A stretch of DNA of 64,000 nucleotides, taken from IMG/VR virus record IMGVR_UViG_3300017917_004917, one strand, 5' to 3'. Each line of letters opens with the position of its first letter. Position 1 is the stretch's first letter. Source of the stretch: an uncultured virus (IMG/VR IMGVR_UViG_3300017917_004917). Its lineage: Duplodnaviria > Heunggongvirae > Uroviricota > Caudoviricetes. A program made the position numbers and the translations under genes. Of this stretch, positions 34,747 through 45,943 are shown in pieces. The notes beneath the pieces were generated by a model. That model made no database searches, was not told where the DNA came from, and was given only the letters and a program-made list of their open reading frames with translations.

Positions 34747-36798
34747 TTAAAAATCAATCTCTAACTGAAATGCTAAATATCTTGATTCATTTTTTTTGAT
34801 TGGGTACGTAGGCTTACCTACAGCAACGAGTACATCATTACTATTTAGTATTCCTACCTCAGTCAAATATGTATTAGAATCAAGAAGTCCATCAAAACTT
34901 GAATTATTAGAAGTGTTATAATTAGGGTCTGGAGCTAAAATTGTCATAATAGACTTAAATGAGGTTGCCATTATAGCGGTTGTTATATTTCCAAAAAAGA
35001 AAGATTCATTACCAAAAGTGAGACCTGAAGCATTATAGTCATTATTATCATAAAATGTATTATCAAGCACATATGTGCTACCACTGTTCCAATCTTCCTG
35101 AGAGACTATGAATTGGAATCCCATTAAATTAAGTGGGTCAATTGTTGAAGAACCTGTTGCCCCTGTATAAATTCCGTTCCCAGTGGTTCCAGAGGACATT
35201 CGTCTCCATCCATCAGTAGGTATATTATCAAAGTTAGTATTTGTATTTACTGTTGAATTTACTTCATTAACAAGTAATTGAACCTTATTAGCATTCCACC
35301 CAGTTCCAGACAAGGATTCCATACTAGCTGAATTTCTCATATATGGAAAGAAAGAAGTATTAAAGAAAGCTCTAAGATATTGTGGATTACCTTGAGAATC
35401 AACTGAGCCATCTATTCTTTGTATATATTGACAAGGTAAAGATTGCGGATATCCGAAAGAAGTACCTGAAGAATACATAGGTTCACTCTCTGTAATATAT
35501 GTTACGTAATAGGTGTATCCACTCTTTAATAAACCTGTTGTATTTGATGTGTCTAAATTTATAGCTGAACATGAATTGTTAGGAACAGCCGATGAATCTA
35601 AATTTAAATTAGGAAGAGTGTATGACCTATTAGATTTATATGTTAATGCTGTAAGTAATTCTGGGTCAGTTATGACAATCATCTTAAGCTTGTGATAAAC
35701 TCTACCAACTACATAGTCAGAATCCGTTGAGCCATCTCTCAATTCTCTATATGTTGTTTGAGCTGCAGTATCAAAAATAGTTGAGCCTGCGTAGTCTTGT
35801 AGTTTAATTCCAAAGTTTGTCACTTGCCCAGCACTTCCTGAACTTCTGTGCCACATTATATTAGGAATATCTACAACTACAGTTTTTTCTACTAACTGTT
35901 CAGCATATGTATTCCCAGTATATTCATTAGTATAGTGAACAACTCCAACTTGTCTTGTCTCACTTCCGAATCCAAGATATTGCTTAGTACCATTATATTG
36001 AATTGAACCATAGGTTGTATACCCACTTATTGACGTGTCTGTACCCTCAACAGAACTTGTCCTAATGATATTCATGTTCCACACTCTTGTGTTTACAGTT
36101 GATGCTGAGCCATAATAACTCTCAATTCCATTAAATGGGTAAAAATAAGTATTTATTATTTGAGAAGATGGTGAAGCACCGAAATTTGGAACATTTCTAT
36201 CAAGAGTAACAACAGATGTGCCAGTATCTGCAGACAAAACTCTATACCATAAATTATTAAATGGAGCTCCAGAGTTTATTACAGTAGATGAGTCATATGT
36301 TAATGCGCTTGTAGCTATTGGCTGCCAAGGGATATACATCAACTCTCCAGAAGTAGGGAAAAATCCAGTACCACCTCCAGCTAAAGTTATATTGTTTGTA
36401 CCATCTGGTGTGTATATAGAATAGTCAATAGTATTTGAGCCCATGAATTCATCAGAATCTATAGCCCATGTTGTACCAGTTGTTGTACCTGTGAAGAATC
36501 CAGTAGTCTCAGTCTGCGCTGTTATTATTTGCTTCGCTGAGCCAACTGTAATTGGAAAGGCGTCTGAGCCATCGAAGCTTGTTGGCGTTGCAAATGTTGG
36601 AGACACATCCTTTGGTGATATAATTCTATTACAACATCCGATATCATAGGCTCCAGTCCTATCAATACCATAATTTATTTCTCTATCTGATAATACAGCC
36701 TTATCGAATGTTAATTTACCTAAAGACAAAAGTCTTCTACCATCATCGGTAAGTTTTATATTAATAAAAGTCTGAGGCTCATTTGGCAAGTATGACAT
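34747..36798 (-). CDS. Tail/baseplate structural protein
   Basis: N-terminal KLTDDGRRLL..G...F....LSD.EINY; C-terminal YLTEVGILN..DVLVAVGKP..PIKK. Confidence 0.7.
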   Translation of the reverse strand: MSYLPNEPQTFINIKLTDDGRRLLSLGKLTFDKAVLSDREINYGIDRTGAYDIGCCNRIISPKDVSPTFATPTSFDGSDAFPITVGSAKQIITAQTETTGFFTGTTTGTTWAIDSDEFMGSNTIDYSIYTPDGTNNITLAGGGTGFFPTSGELMYIPWQPIATSALTYDSSTVINSGAPFNNLWYRVLSADTGTSVVTLDRNVPNFGASPSSQIINTYFYPFNGIESYYGSASTVNTRVWNMNIIRTSSVEGTDTSISGYTTYGSIQYNGTKQYLGFGSETRQVGVVHYTNEYTGNTYAEQLVEKTVVVDIPNIMWHRSSGSAGQVTNFGIKLQDYAGSTIFDTAAQTTYRELRDGSTDSDYVVGRVYHKLKMIVITDPELLTALTYKSNRSYTLPNLNLDSSAVPNNSCSAINLDTSNTTGLLKSGYTYYVTYITESEPMYSSGTSFGYPQSLPCQYIQRIDGSVDSQGNPQYLRAFFNTSFFPYMRNSASMESLSGTGWNANKVQLLVNEVNSTVNTNTNFDNIPTDGWRRMSSGTTGNGIYTGATGSSTIDPLNLMGFQFIVSQEDWNSGSTYVLDNTFYDNNDYNASGLTFGNESFFFGNITTAIMATSFKSIMTILAPDPNYNTSNNSSFDGLLDSNTYLTEVGILNSNDVLVAVGKPTYPIKKNESRYLAFQLEIDF

Positions 36799-36934
36799 GA
36801 TTATTTATTTTTTTTATATAAATAGAGTGATAAAATTTAATTATTAAATATAATAAAATAAATAGTTAAGTTTGAATATTCTTTAATTATTTATATTCGA
36901 AAACTTTTTCATTAATATTTATATAAAAAGTTTC

Positions 36935-39364
36935 ATGGGAGAGCCAATAGGAGTAAATACAGCAAATACATTATCGACAGCATTCAGACCTGGTCAAGAT
37001 ATCAGATTCCCAAATACTGTGTCAGAATCCATATTTACGTTTGGAGACTATAGAATAGAAAGGTCTAATGAGCCAGACATAATAACTGGAACTCCTAAAA
37101 ACCTTTCATTTACACCATTTTCCACTCTTGATAATATGGGGGTTAGTGATTTTAATCCTCCACTAAATCTATCAATTCAAAATAATGAACTTAGACCAAT
37201 CAAGACTGACCCATATAGTTATTCTTACTTTGGTTCGTTCTATACAGAAGTGGCCCGTTCAATTAATAATATAATAGATACATTTCCATATGCTGCATTA
37301 GCATATGATGGCCCTAATGGAGTAACTATTTATGATTATGTTGAAAATTTTAATAATACAACTGGTAAAAAAACATCAAAATTTAAAATACCTGCAAGTG
37401 TAATAATTAATGAGGGATATATTTTATTTAATTCTGGTTCTCCAATAGGAAACCAAGTGAGTCTAATGACTCAGACAAATAAATTTGAAATACAATTAAG
37501 TGGCTCAACAACTGCGAAGACAGAAAGTTACTCAATTAATACATATTCATTCTTTCCTGGAGTATCTGCTTATCTTGAGTTTGAAATAGATGGTCACCTA
37601 TCAAACGGGTCTCCAATTCCTATTACTGGAATTTCAAGCAATGTACCAGTGTATATTAGACCATCAAGAAAGAGAATGACGGAATATACAATGAGACAAA
37701 CGAGACTTGAGGCTCAACTTCTTGGTGAAGGGTTATTTGATATTCCTGATATTGATGATGAGAAAAGAGATTTTAGATACAGAATTCCTTGGCCAAGAAC
37801 GATAGATGGATTTAATCCAGACACTAGAGGGGAAGCTTTTGAAAAATACAAGAGCAATATGTTGCTTCTAGCTGGCAATACTGATATGGATAAGACTGAT
37901 ATCATGGTTAAGACAATGATACCAGACAACTTTATTCAGTTTGATACAAAGACGCAGATTTATCAAAAATTAACAGCATCGTATGCTAAGCAATTTGATG
38001 AAATTAAACAATTTATAGATAACATAGCATATGCTCACTCAATAAATTATAATGACCAAGAAAGTGTTCCAGAAAAGTTTTTAATTAAACTCAGTAATCT
38101 ACTAGGATGGAAATTATCTAGTTCTTTTAGTAATATTGATTTATTTGAATACTTAGCAAGTGATGAATCTTCTGAAAAAAATCCATTTGCATATTATAAT
38201 GTTGAAATGTGGAAGAGGATTTTGATTAATATTAATTGGCTATACAAGAGAAAGGGAACTAGAGACGCTCTTCAGTTTATATTTAAATTAATGGGAGCGC
38301 CTGAGTGTCTTGTTGTTTTTGATGAATTTATATATGAAATACAATCAACTATATCCACCAATCAAGACCTAGCTAACGATGAAAGCAAGACAAATGAAAG
38401 AGGGTTTATAAACTATAATGCAAGTAAATTTATATTTCAAGAAGGAGGACTAGGAAGAGGGAATGGTCAAAATTATATTAATCAATGGGGACCAGAGTTT
38501 AATCCATCAAAAAAAGTAGATAATATAAAGGTTCAAGTTGGTGACACAGGATTTACTGGAAGTGAGAATATAATTAACAGTAAGGAGGCTTGTATAACAC
38601 TAAGCCCAGCAGAAGCTATAGAATGTGATGTATTTCAGTGGTATAAGCTAAGTGGCACCACTTGGGTGTGGGGAACACAAACTTCTCCTTATTTTAGTGG
38701 AAATACTGTTCCATATGAATATGTTATTGATGAAGTTGAATTTGTGGCTCCAGAATCAATAACTGGAATGTCGTTCAGTGATTATATGCAATTTGTTTAT
38801 ACTTCTAATATAGAACCTAGAAATAGAAAGACAAATCACCAAAGTCACACAACATTTGGGTATCCTGAACTTAAGAGGATATATATGAATTATTTCTTAA
38901 TGTCAGACCCAAGGTCAAATAAGCTTACTATAAAAAAACTAGAGGCATTCTTAGATTTAATGGAGGTTAATTTCCAAGATTATTTATTACAACTTGTTCC
39001 TGCAACAACTATTCTTGAGTGTCAAGGCACAACATATAGAAATACAGCATTTCAAAGACAAAGATTTGTATATAAGGAAGGAATAAACGATGGTTCTGAA
39101 TTTCAAATACCACTATCACCAGACTTAAGACCAAATTTAGAAACAATTCAGTTAACGCCTAAGGTGAATGATTTTTTAAGAAATTCACTAGAATCTGTTT
39201 CTATAAGTTGCAATGTAAGTCAAGGAATAAGCCAAAAATTATCTGGAGTTAAAATTAGTGGATATATAAATCAAAATAACTTTAGCTCACTTATAGAATC
39301 GAATGATATTTCTTCAGAGATTCAACCAGGAGTTTCTAATACAACAATAATTACGGGACCATAA
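36935..39364 (+). CDS. Baseplate wedge protein (P2 gpI/T4 gp7-like motif)
   Basis: VPEKFL..LS.LLGW...KRIL.N..WLYKRKGTRDALQFIF.LMG. Confidence 0.7.
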   Translation: MGEPIGVNTANTLSTAFRPGQDIRFPNTVSESIFTFGDYRIERSNEPDIITGTPKNLSFTPFSTLDNMGVSDFNPPLNLSIQNNELRPIKTDPYSYSYFGSFYTEVARSINNIIDTFPYAALAYDGPNGVTIYDYVENFNNTTGKKTSKFKIPASVIINEGYILFNSGSPIGNQVSLMTQTNKFEIQLSGSTTAKTESYSINTYSFFPGVSAYLEFEIDGHLSNGSPIPITGISSNVPVYIRPSRKRMTEYTMRQTRLEAQLLGEGLFDIPDIDDEKRDFRYRIPWPRTIDGFNPDTRGEAFEKYKSNMLLLAGNTDMDKTDIMVKTMIPDNFIQFDTKTQIYQKLTASYAKQFDEIKQFIDNIAYAHSINYNDQESVPEKFLIKLSNLLGWKLSSSFSNIDLFEYLASDESSEKNPFAYYNVEMWKRILININWLYKRKGTRDALQFIFKLMGAPECLVVFDEFIYEIQSTISTNQDLANDESKTNERGFINYNASKFIFQEGGLGRGNGQNYINQWGPEFNPSKKVDNIKVQVGDTGFTGSENIINSKEACITLSPAEAIECDVFQWYKLSGTTWVWGTQTSPYFSGNTVPYEYVIDEVEFVAPESITGMSFSDYMQFVYTSNIEPRNRKTNHQSHTTFGYPELKRIYMNYFLMSDPRSNKLTIKKLEAFLDLMEVNFQDYLLQLVPATTILECQGTTYRNTAFQRQRFVYKEGINDGSEFQIPLSPDLRPNLETIQLTPKVNDFLRNSLESVSISCNVSQGISQKLSGVKISGYINQNNFSSLIESNDISSEIQPGVSNTTIITGP

Positions 39365-39374
39365 AACTTTTAAG

Positions 39375-41078
39375 ATGAGTATAATTAAAAAATCTATACA
39401 AGAAACAACAGGTAACTCAAGTAATGTAGCTCAAAGCTTCAAGCAAAACATTTTTTTTAGTGCCAGCGAAGTAGCCACATCACCATTTACATTTAATGTA
39501 CCTATGTATACAACAATAGGTGGCACAAAGGATTATTATGGCCAAAACCCAAATGCTATATTTACAAGTCTTGTTAAGCCATTTGTTAGATTTAATTTTT
39601 CATCCAACATGTCAAGCTTCGGACCTAATACATATATTAAGCATGATATATATAGAATTAAGTGGGATGATTTTAATGCTGCTCAAAAAAAATTTAAGAG
39701 TGACTCAAATGAGTCAATAACAACAGAGAAGTTTACAACTGAAGTAATAGAAGAATACGATGAAGCAACTGGAAAGTATAATAAGAAGACAATAACAAGA
39801 AGAAATAATGAATCAGAAAGTGTTGTTAGAGCATTTAGAGATAAAAATTCATTTGGCCAACAATTGAGTAACTCCGAAAAGCAAATAACAAATCCAGACT
39901 ATGGCGCAAAACCTCTTACTAGAGAAGAACTTCTAAGAATTATTCAAGAACAGTTAGAAAAGCCTGTATATTCACTTACAGCAACAACAACTGGAATTAC
40001 CTCAAATATATATGACCTTATTCTTGATGAGTACGTTAAGAATAGTGGCGAATTTAAGACAAAGCTGTTCAATGATAAGGACCAATTCATAGTTGATACT
40101 AATTTTATATTTGATGTTAATTTAACACCAGGACTTACTGAACTTCAAGTATTAGATTCAAACAATAATTTAATTAATCAAACATATAGCTCAATAGTTC
40201 ATGGCGAGACCTCTTCTGAAACACTACAAATAGATAATGGTGAGTTCTTAGGACTTAAATTTAAGGCTGGAGAATATTTCTCTTATTTTGAGGTTCCTGA
40301 CAAGCCTGTGTTCGAATATCCAACACCAACTGGACAAACAAATACTTTTACTCCTGAGATATTTTGGTCTAACGGAGAAGGTGCAGATAGCTATATAGCT
40401 CAGGTAAATTATGACACAAGTGATACAGGATTTACTGGAAGCGTTTTTACGTATGTAATCCCTAAGACTGATGAGTATAAGGAAAAAGCTATGAGTAAAA
40501 CTGTAGATTCATCTACTGAATTTTCATCAGATAAGACAATAAGAAAATATCAATTATCTTTAAAATCAAACAAATGCTTGCTATATAGAATTGGTAACGT
40601 AAAAGAAATAGAGAATATTTTTGGTGTTAGACAAAGTGTTGTAACTTTCTCTGAGACACTTGGGTTATGTACACAAGTTGAGCCTATCAAGACATATGTA
40701 TACACCGAATCAGATAGTCCTTATTCAGTTAATATTACGGGTCCAGTTACCCCTCCTTCTCTTGAAGTTGAGAGTCCAATGTCAAGCTATTCATTCAGCG
40801 GCTTAGTATCTGGCTCAACAGTAACTGGAGCAACATTACAGCTTGTATATCCTAATTCAAACTTTGCAACAACAGTTACAAATGATATTGGAGAATTTTC
40901 TTTTGGAGATGTTCAGGAGGGAACATATACTCTTAATACAATGTATAGAGGCTATGCTCTTGATAGCAGACTTGTGGTTATAAATTCAAATACAAACTTA
41001 TTCTTTGATATACAAATATTATGGGATAATACTTTTGATATTTGGGCTAATAAAGAAAATGACATAATTAAATATTAA
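39375..41078 (+). CDS. Structural protein with C-terminal carboxypeptidase-regulatory-like (Ig-like) domain
   Basis: SG.V.GATLQL......TVTND.GEFSFGDV.EGTYTL...YRGY. Confidence 0.6.
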   Translation: MSIIKKSIQETTGNSSNVAQSFKQNIFFSASEVATSPFTFNVPMYTTIGGTKDYYGQNPNAIFTSLVKPFVRFNFSSNMSSFGPNTYIKHDIYRIKWDDFNAAQKKFKSDSNESITTEKFTTEVIEEYDEATGKYNKKTITRRNNESESVVRAFRDKNSFGQQLSNSEKQITNPDYGAKPLTREELLRIIQEQLEKPVYSLTATTTGITSNIYDLILDEYVKNSGEFKTKLFNDKDQFIVDTNFIFDVNLTPGLTELQVLDSNNNLINQTYSSIVHGETSSETLQIDNGEFLGLKFKAGEYFSYFEVPDKPVFEYPTPTGQTNTFTPEIFWSNGEGADSYIAQVNYDTSDTGFTGSVFTYVIPKTDEYKEKAMSKTVDSSTEFSSDKTIRKYQLSLKSNKCLLYRIGNVKEIENIFGVRQSVVTFSETLGLCTQVEPIKTYVYTESDSPYSVNITGPVTPPSLEVESPMSSYSFSGLVSGSTVTGATLQLVYPNSNFATTVTNDIGEFSFGDVQEGTYTLNTMYRGYALDSRLVVINSNTNLFFDIQILWDNTFDIWANKENDIIKY

Positions 41079-41104
41079 AGAAACTATTTATAATAAAAAA
41101 AGAA

Positions 41105-43069
41105 ATGATTGGAGAATTAATACCTACTGGAGTAACTTTTGGAACTGGAAGGAACTCTATAAATGAACAATTTAGCGGAACTGCTGAGTTTAATAATGTT
41201 AAACTTGAATCTGGGGGGGATTTTTCTGGCGGAACTGGTGGTGGTGTTATTTTTTCTGGCGGAACTGACCTTTATGATATTTTTGGAAGTACAAGTGGAG
41301 ACCTTTGGAGTGCTTCAACTGGAACAGGGTCAATAATAGCTAATAATGGAACTGGGAACTTGGCAAGTGGAGGGTTTTCTATTGCTGGAGGAAGTGCGAA
41401 TATTGCAGCTGGAGATTCATCTTTTATAGGCGGAGGTTCTTCTAACTCGGCAACAACTAAAAATTCTGTAATAACTGGAGGATATAATAATATAGCTGGT
41501 AGTGGGGGTCTTTTCTTTTCTACAGACTATTCGTCTTTTATAGGAGCAGGTCATAATAATAATGTATCAAAAAAATATTCATCAATTGTTGGTGGTAGAT
41601 TTAATAAAATAGGTGAAAGAGATGCATTTATTGGAGGTGGGTATGGTAACTTGGCTTCTGGAATTCAATCACTTGTTGTAGGTGGTTATAAAAACTCAGC
41701 GACAACATTTAACTCTTCAGTTGTTGGTGGTTTTAAGAACTTGGCGAATCAAAAATATTCTTTCATTGGAGGTGGTAAACAAAATTTATCTTCTGGTTAT
41801 TACTCACTTGTTGGAGGTGGGTACAAAAACTCGGCAACAACATTTTATTCTTCAGTTGTTGGGGGCTTATCCAATATCACTAAAGGTAGTGGTTCTTTTA
41901 TTGGGGGCGGAATTTATAATATTTCTTCTGGTGATTATTGCATTGTTATTGGCGGAACAGAAAACTCAGCAACAACAGTAAATTCAACAATTATTAGTGG
42001 ACTTGCTAACTTATCTTCTTCAAATCAATCTTTCATTGGCACTGGTATATTTAATTTAGCATCTAGTGATTTTTCTTTCATTGGTACTGGAAATCAAAAC
42101 TCAGCAACAACAACTTCCTCTACTATAGTTAGTGGGAGGCAGAATTTAGCTTCTGGACAATATTCGTTTATTGGTGGCGGACGTCAGAATTTAGCTTCTG
42201 GACATTATTCGTTTATTGGAGAAGGAAAACAAAACTCGGCAACAACATCATATTCAACAGTTGTTGGTGGTCGAAGAAATTTAGTTTCAGGAGCAGATTC
42301 TTTTATTGGAGGTGGCTTTCAAAATTCAGCAACAACACAATTTTCAACAGTTGTTGGTGGCTCACAAAATTTAGCTTCTGGACAATTTTCTTTTGTTGGA
42401 GGCGGTATTTTCAATTCAGCAAAATCACAAAAGTCATTTATTGGAGGTGGGAGTCAAAATTCAATAGACGCTAGTTCAAGTTATGCTTCTATTTTATCAG
42501 GTAGAGGAAATAAGATATATTCTTCTTCAAATTATTCTTCTATATTAGGTGGGTATAATAATAAAGCAACTGGATTTTATTCTTCTATTATAGGAGGGGT
42601 AAACAATGAAGCAAATGATTTTAAAACTTTTATTATAAATTCAACAAATAGTTATGCTATTGCTCCTAGTGCTTTTGTTATAGGTGGTATTAATAATGTT
42701 TCTCAAGGATTTTCTGGCTTTACAATAGGTGGTTCTAATAGCAGCGCAGGTTCTAGTGGCGGATTTGTAATAGGTGGTTTTGATAGTGGGACTATTAATG
42801 ATGCTGATTACCAATCTATAATAAACTCAACAAATTCACTTTTATCAAACTCACAAGGCTCAACAATAATATCTTCCTCAGGATTGACAGTAAGTAATAA
42901 AGAATGGACCACAATAATGCAAAGAGCATATGTTGATGAATATATTGACCTTAAACCATTAACCACATTACCTTCTCCAAGTCTTGGTAGGATATTTTTT
43001 AGTGGTTCTCCTCTTTTTAAATTAATGATAAATACTGGAGGCACTGCATCGAATTGGGTGGTAGTCTAA
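41105..43069 (+). CDS. Repeat-rich tail fibre/adhesin-like protein
   Basis: Long array of about 15-aa SFIGGGxxNLASG / STVVGGxxNSATT repeats; paralog of 1..1540. Confidence 0.75.
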   Translation: MIGELIPTGVTFGTGRNSINEQFSGTAEFNNVKLESGGDFSGGTGGGVIFSGGTDLYDIFGSTSGDLWSASTGTGSIIANNGTGNLASGGFSIAGGSANIAAGDSSFIGGGSSNSATTKNSVITGGYNNIAGSGGLFFSTDYSSFIGAGHNNNVSKKYSSIVGGRFNKIGERDAFIGGGYGNLASGIQSLVVGGYKNSATTFNSSVVGGFKNLANQKYSFIGGGKQNLSSGYYSLVGGGYKNSATTFYSSVVGGLSNITKGSGSFIGGGIYNISSGDYCIVIGGTENSATTVNSTIISGLANLSSSNQSFIGTGIFNLASSDFSFIGTGNQNSATTTSSTIVSGRQNLASGQYSFIGGGRQNLASGHYSFIGEGKQNSATTSYSTVVGGRRNLVSGADSFIGGGFQNSATTQFSTVVGGSQNLASGQFSFVGGGIFNSAKSQKSFIGGGSQNSIDASSSYASILSGRGNKIYSSSNYSSILGGYNNKATGFYSSIIGGVNNEANDFKTFIINSTNSYAIAPSAFVIGGINNVSQGFSGFTIGGSNSSAGSSGGFVIGGFDSGTINDADYQSIINSTNSLLSNSQGSTIISSSGLTVSNKEWTTIMQRAYVDEYIDLKPLTTLPSPSLGRIFFSGSPLFKLMINTGGTASNWVVV

Positions 43070-43083
43070 TAGTTATTAAAAAC

Positions 43084-43124
43084 AAAAAAAAGGTCAATTT
43101 ATTAATTATATTGACCTTTTTTTT
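43084..43124. terminator. Bidirectional intrinsic terminator
   Basis: aaaaaaggtcaat/attgacctttttt between convergent genes. Confidence 0.8.
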
Positions 43125-43137
43125 GTTTTGTAAATAT

Positions 43138-44016
43138 TTATTGAATTCCTTGAGAGATGTTAAAGAAAGTTTGAGTTCTATCTATAGTAGTTCTATTTTG
43201 CTTGATGTCTATATTACCATTGCTAAACTGTTTCTTCTGAGTAAGAAGAGTATATTGCTTATATAAATTTCCATTTTCATCAAATATAGAATAAACACCA
43301 GTCTCAAGGTCTCTTGTGGATTGTCCATATATTCCATAACTAAGTGTTTTTATGTTTTGGTCAACCATCTCAACTTCAATCATAACTGGGTCGAAAAATG
43401 TATTAGATAATAGTATTTTTTGCCCAGACTTACCAAGGTCCTTAGCCCCCTCATTAGTTATTAAACTAGATTCATCTGGTGTTAGTGTTATAAATAATTG
43501 ATTTCCATTAGGGTCCAAGACATAAGTTGTAGAACTTGAATTTGATGAGTTATTGTTTGGATTAACACTAACAAGGTCACTACTTGTTATAATTCTATGA
43601 AAGTTTTTTATTTTATTTCCATTGTCATCAAAGTATTCAACTTGATAGCCTATAAGTGAACCAGTACTTTGAAATTGCAACTTAGGAATAACTATACCTT
43701 TTTTTGATATTTGAATCTCTTGGTCATTATTTGTAATGATAAATGAACAATCTAAGATGTCAGTTTGAAATGTCTTAGGTCTAATTAGTATTGTATAAAA
43801 TCCTAACTTATTAAATACAGATGCTGGTAGTCTAAGTTTATATCCACCATCTCCTCCAAACATTTTTCTAAACTCATTATTTGTTACACTATTAAATAGC
43901 GGTAGGAACTGTGTATCACCAATAGATTCTCTATTTGGAGAGTACGCATATAAGATATCTAAGTCATTATAATCCGAGTCACTAAGCTTCACAGCACCAT
44001 ATGTACCTATTGCCAT
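43138..44016 (-). CDS. Putative structural protein
   Basis: In the tail module, TATTTAT motif upstream. Confidence 0.55.
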   Translation of the reverse strand: MAIGTYGAVKLSDSDYNDLDILYAYSPNRESIGDTQFLPLFNSVTNNEFRKMFGGDGGYKLRLPASVFNKLGFYTILIRPKTFQTDILDCSFIITNNDQEIQISKKGIVIPKLQFQSTGSLIGYQVEYFDDNGNKIKNFHRIITSSDLVSVNPNNNSSNSSSTTYVLDPNGNQLFITLTPDESSLITNEGAKDLGKSGQKILLSNTFFDPVMIEVEMVDQNIKTLSYGIYGQSTRDLETGVYSIFDENGNLYKQYTLLTQKKQFSNGNIDIKQNRTTIDRTQTFFNISQGIQ

Positions 44017-44107
44017 AATTAATTGTTTTTAAATAAATAATTAAAAATAAATTTATCAATATTATCGAGTGCTTACAATTTAATACTTTTTTTAACAAAA
44101 GTAAACA

Positions 44108-45943
44108 TTAAACCACGACAAATGGTATTGATTGAGTTTGAAGCTGTGGATTTATAACTCCATTTGTACTTTGTATGTTTACAGATGAACATCCACTAGA
44201 TGCTGCAGTCTGGCCATTATTAAGAAAATAGAAGTTCCCATACTCAGTCTTTGTGACACTTTCGCCATTAAAGTTTGATAGGTTTTGATTTAAAAATATG
44301 ACACCATCAATCATTACATTTTGTAAGTCTGTAGGATATGTAGGATATACAGGGTCTGGGTTTGATATATTTCCAGGAGCCAAGCAGTATGGAGCTGGGT
44401 TTGGCCATGTATTATTACCTTTCCAATATGGCCAAACATTTTTAAGCTCAGAAACCAAGTTATAAAAATTAGATGGTATATCTGCATCTGAACTTAAAAA
44501 TGTTTTATTAAACCTATATGTACCAAGATTAAATTCTTTGGACATAGAGATTGTATTGTCTGAATTTCTAAGCTTAAATCCTAATTCTTCATAGTCTACT
44601 TCGAATACAAATTCATATACACATTCTGTAAGAGTATTTTGAGATAAAAAACCACCTTCATAGAATGTGCCTCCAGATAGAAGATTATCATTTGCTGGAA
44701 GTTTTATTTTAAAATCAAAATTATCTATAGCAATAGTTGTAGTTTGACCTGTTGAAAGGGATATGTTATTAACTTTAGCTGGAAAATTACCAACATTCTT
44801 AATCCTAAGTCTAAGGTCTCCATATTTTTGTGTTTCTGGGTTTTTGCCAAAGAAAATTTTAGCATTTTTTTGCAAATTATCATCTTGGCCAGAAATGTAT
44901 CCACTAATAGAATTAATTCCATACTTAGGAGCTGAAGCAGAAGTTCTTGGAGGATTAAATGTTCTCCAGTTCTGTTCTATATAATTACCAAACTTTATAG
45001 ACATTCTCCAAGTGTTATCTACATCCTCTGTAACTGTATTTCTATTTATATGTCTAAGCTCTATATTAGGTAGGCTATCCCCTTTTTGAATATAAAATCC
45101 CTGGAAATTAGCTGTTGCATATCTAGTGCTTGGTGTTGCGTCTAAAATACTAAAAGTAGCCTCATCAAAAGTAACAATATTAACATTCTTTGGGTTTATT
45201 AGTTTTATTATCAAATTTTCAGTACTCTCTGCATTTGCATCAGAATTAGACTTTATAGATATAACCTTATCTTTTTCTCCAATGGCCCATGAAATATTTG
45301 AGGTTCCAACTAGTGAATAATCACTTGAGTTTGTTGTTATATTCGAAAATTGTACATCAACAGACTCGAATCCAAAAACACTTGGGGAATCTAATGATAG
45401 AATAATATTTTTTGTAGAGCCTTCGAAGGCTGAAAATTTTAAGTCAAAAGATATTATTCCATCAGAATTACTTCCAGAAACAACTCCACCTTGAATATTT
45501 ATACTTGCTGACTTTAAATTATTAAAGTCTATTATATTAACAGTTGTTGTTATAAATTGACCAGGGTTTACATTAGAGAATGATGCTAATATCAAATCGA
45601 AAGATTCAATACCCTCTAGTAAAGAATCTGAATTTGCAAAGAAGCTAAATATTTTTGTTTGTTCTCCTGGTGAAAATGAAATTGTTTGTGGATATAAATT
45701 AGTTAAAGTGCTAAAATCTGAAGCATTAGTATTATTTATAACAAGACCAATTTGAACCTCCTCTGAGCCATTAGTACTAGGGGAATCAAGAGAAATTTTA
45801 ACATCAATCTTTTGACCTTCAGATATAAAATAAGTTTTTTTTTCAAAACTTACCTTAGGCAATTTTATAAAAAACCCAGAGTTTTCATCTGTCTCAAGAT
45901 TTAAGTCAACAAAACATTGTAATATAGTATTTATTTTTGTCAT
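44108..45943 (-). CDS. Structural protein with two Calx-beta-like domains
   Basis: EGQ...V.ISLDSPS..G.E.V....ISFSPGEQTK......D...EG.E.F.L.L pattern occurs twice. Confidence 0.65.
   Translation of the reverse strand: MTKINTILQCFVDLNLETDENSGFFIKLPKVSFEKKTYFISEGQKIDVKISLDSPSTNGSEEVQIGLVINNTNASDFSTLTNLYPQTISFSPGEQTKIFSFFANSDSLLEGIESFDLILASFSNVNPGQFITTTVNIIDFNNLKSASINIQGGVVSGSNSDGIISFDLKFSAFEGSTKNIILSLDSPSVFGFESVDVQFSNITTNSSDYSLVGTSNISWAIGEKDKVISIKSNSDANAESTENLIIKLINPKNVNIVTFDEATFSILDATPSTRYATANFQGFYIQKGDSLPNIELRHINRNTVTEDVDNTWRMSIKFGNYIEQNWRTFNPPRTSASAPKYGINSISGYISGQDDNLQKNAKIFFGKNPETQKYGDLRLRIKNVGNFPAKVNNISLSTGQTTTIAIDNFDFKIKLPANDNLLSGGTFYEGGFLSQNTLTECVYEFVFEVDYEELGFKLRNSDNTISMSKEFNLGTYRFNKTFLSSDADIPSNFYNLVSELKNVWPYWKGNNTWPNPAPYCLAPGNISNPDPVYPTYPTDLQNVMIDGVIFLNQNLSNFNGESVTKTEYGNFYFLNNGQTAASSGCSSVNIQSTNGVINPQLQTQSIPFVVV

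Noticed and set aside
41400..42600. Roughly 45-nt periodic repeats as a possible CRISPR array
   Set aside because: The repeats are degenerate, in frame and protein-coding, with no constant repeat/unique spacer structure.
1..43069. Diversity-generating retroelement TR/VR pair between the fibre paralogs
   Set aside because: No reverse transcriptase in the window, both copies are coding, and the differences do not appear confined to adenines.
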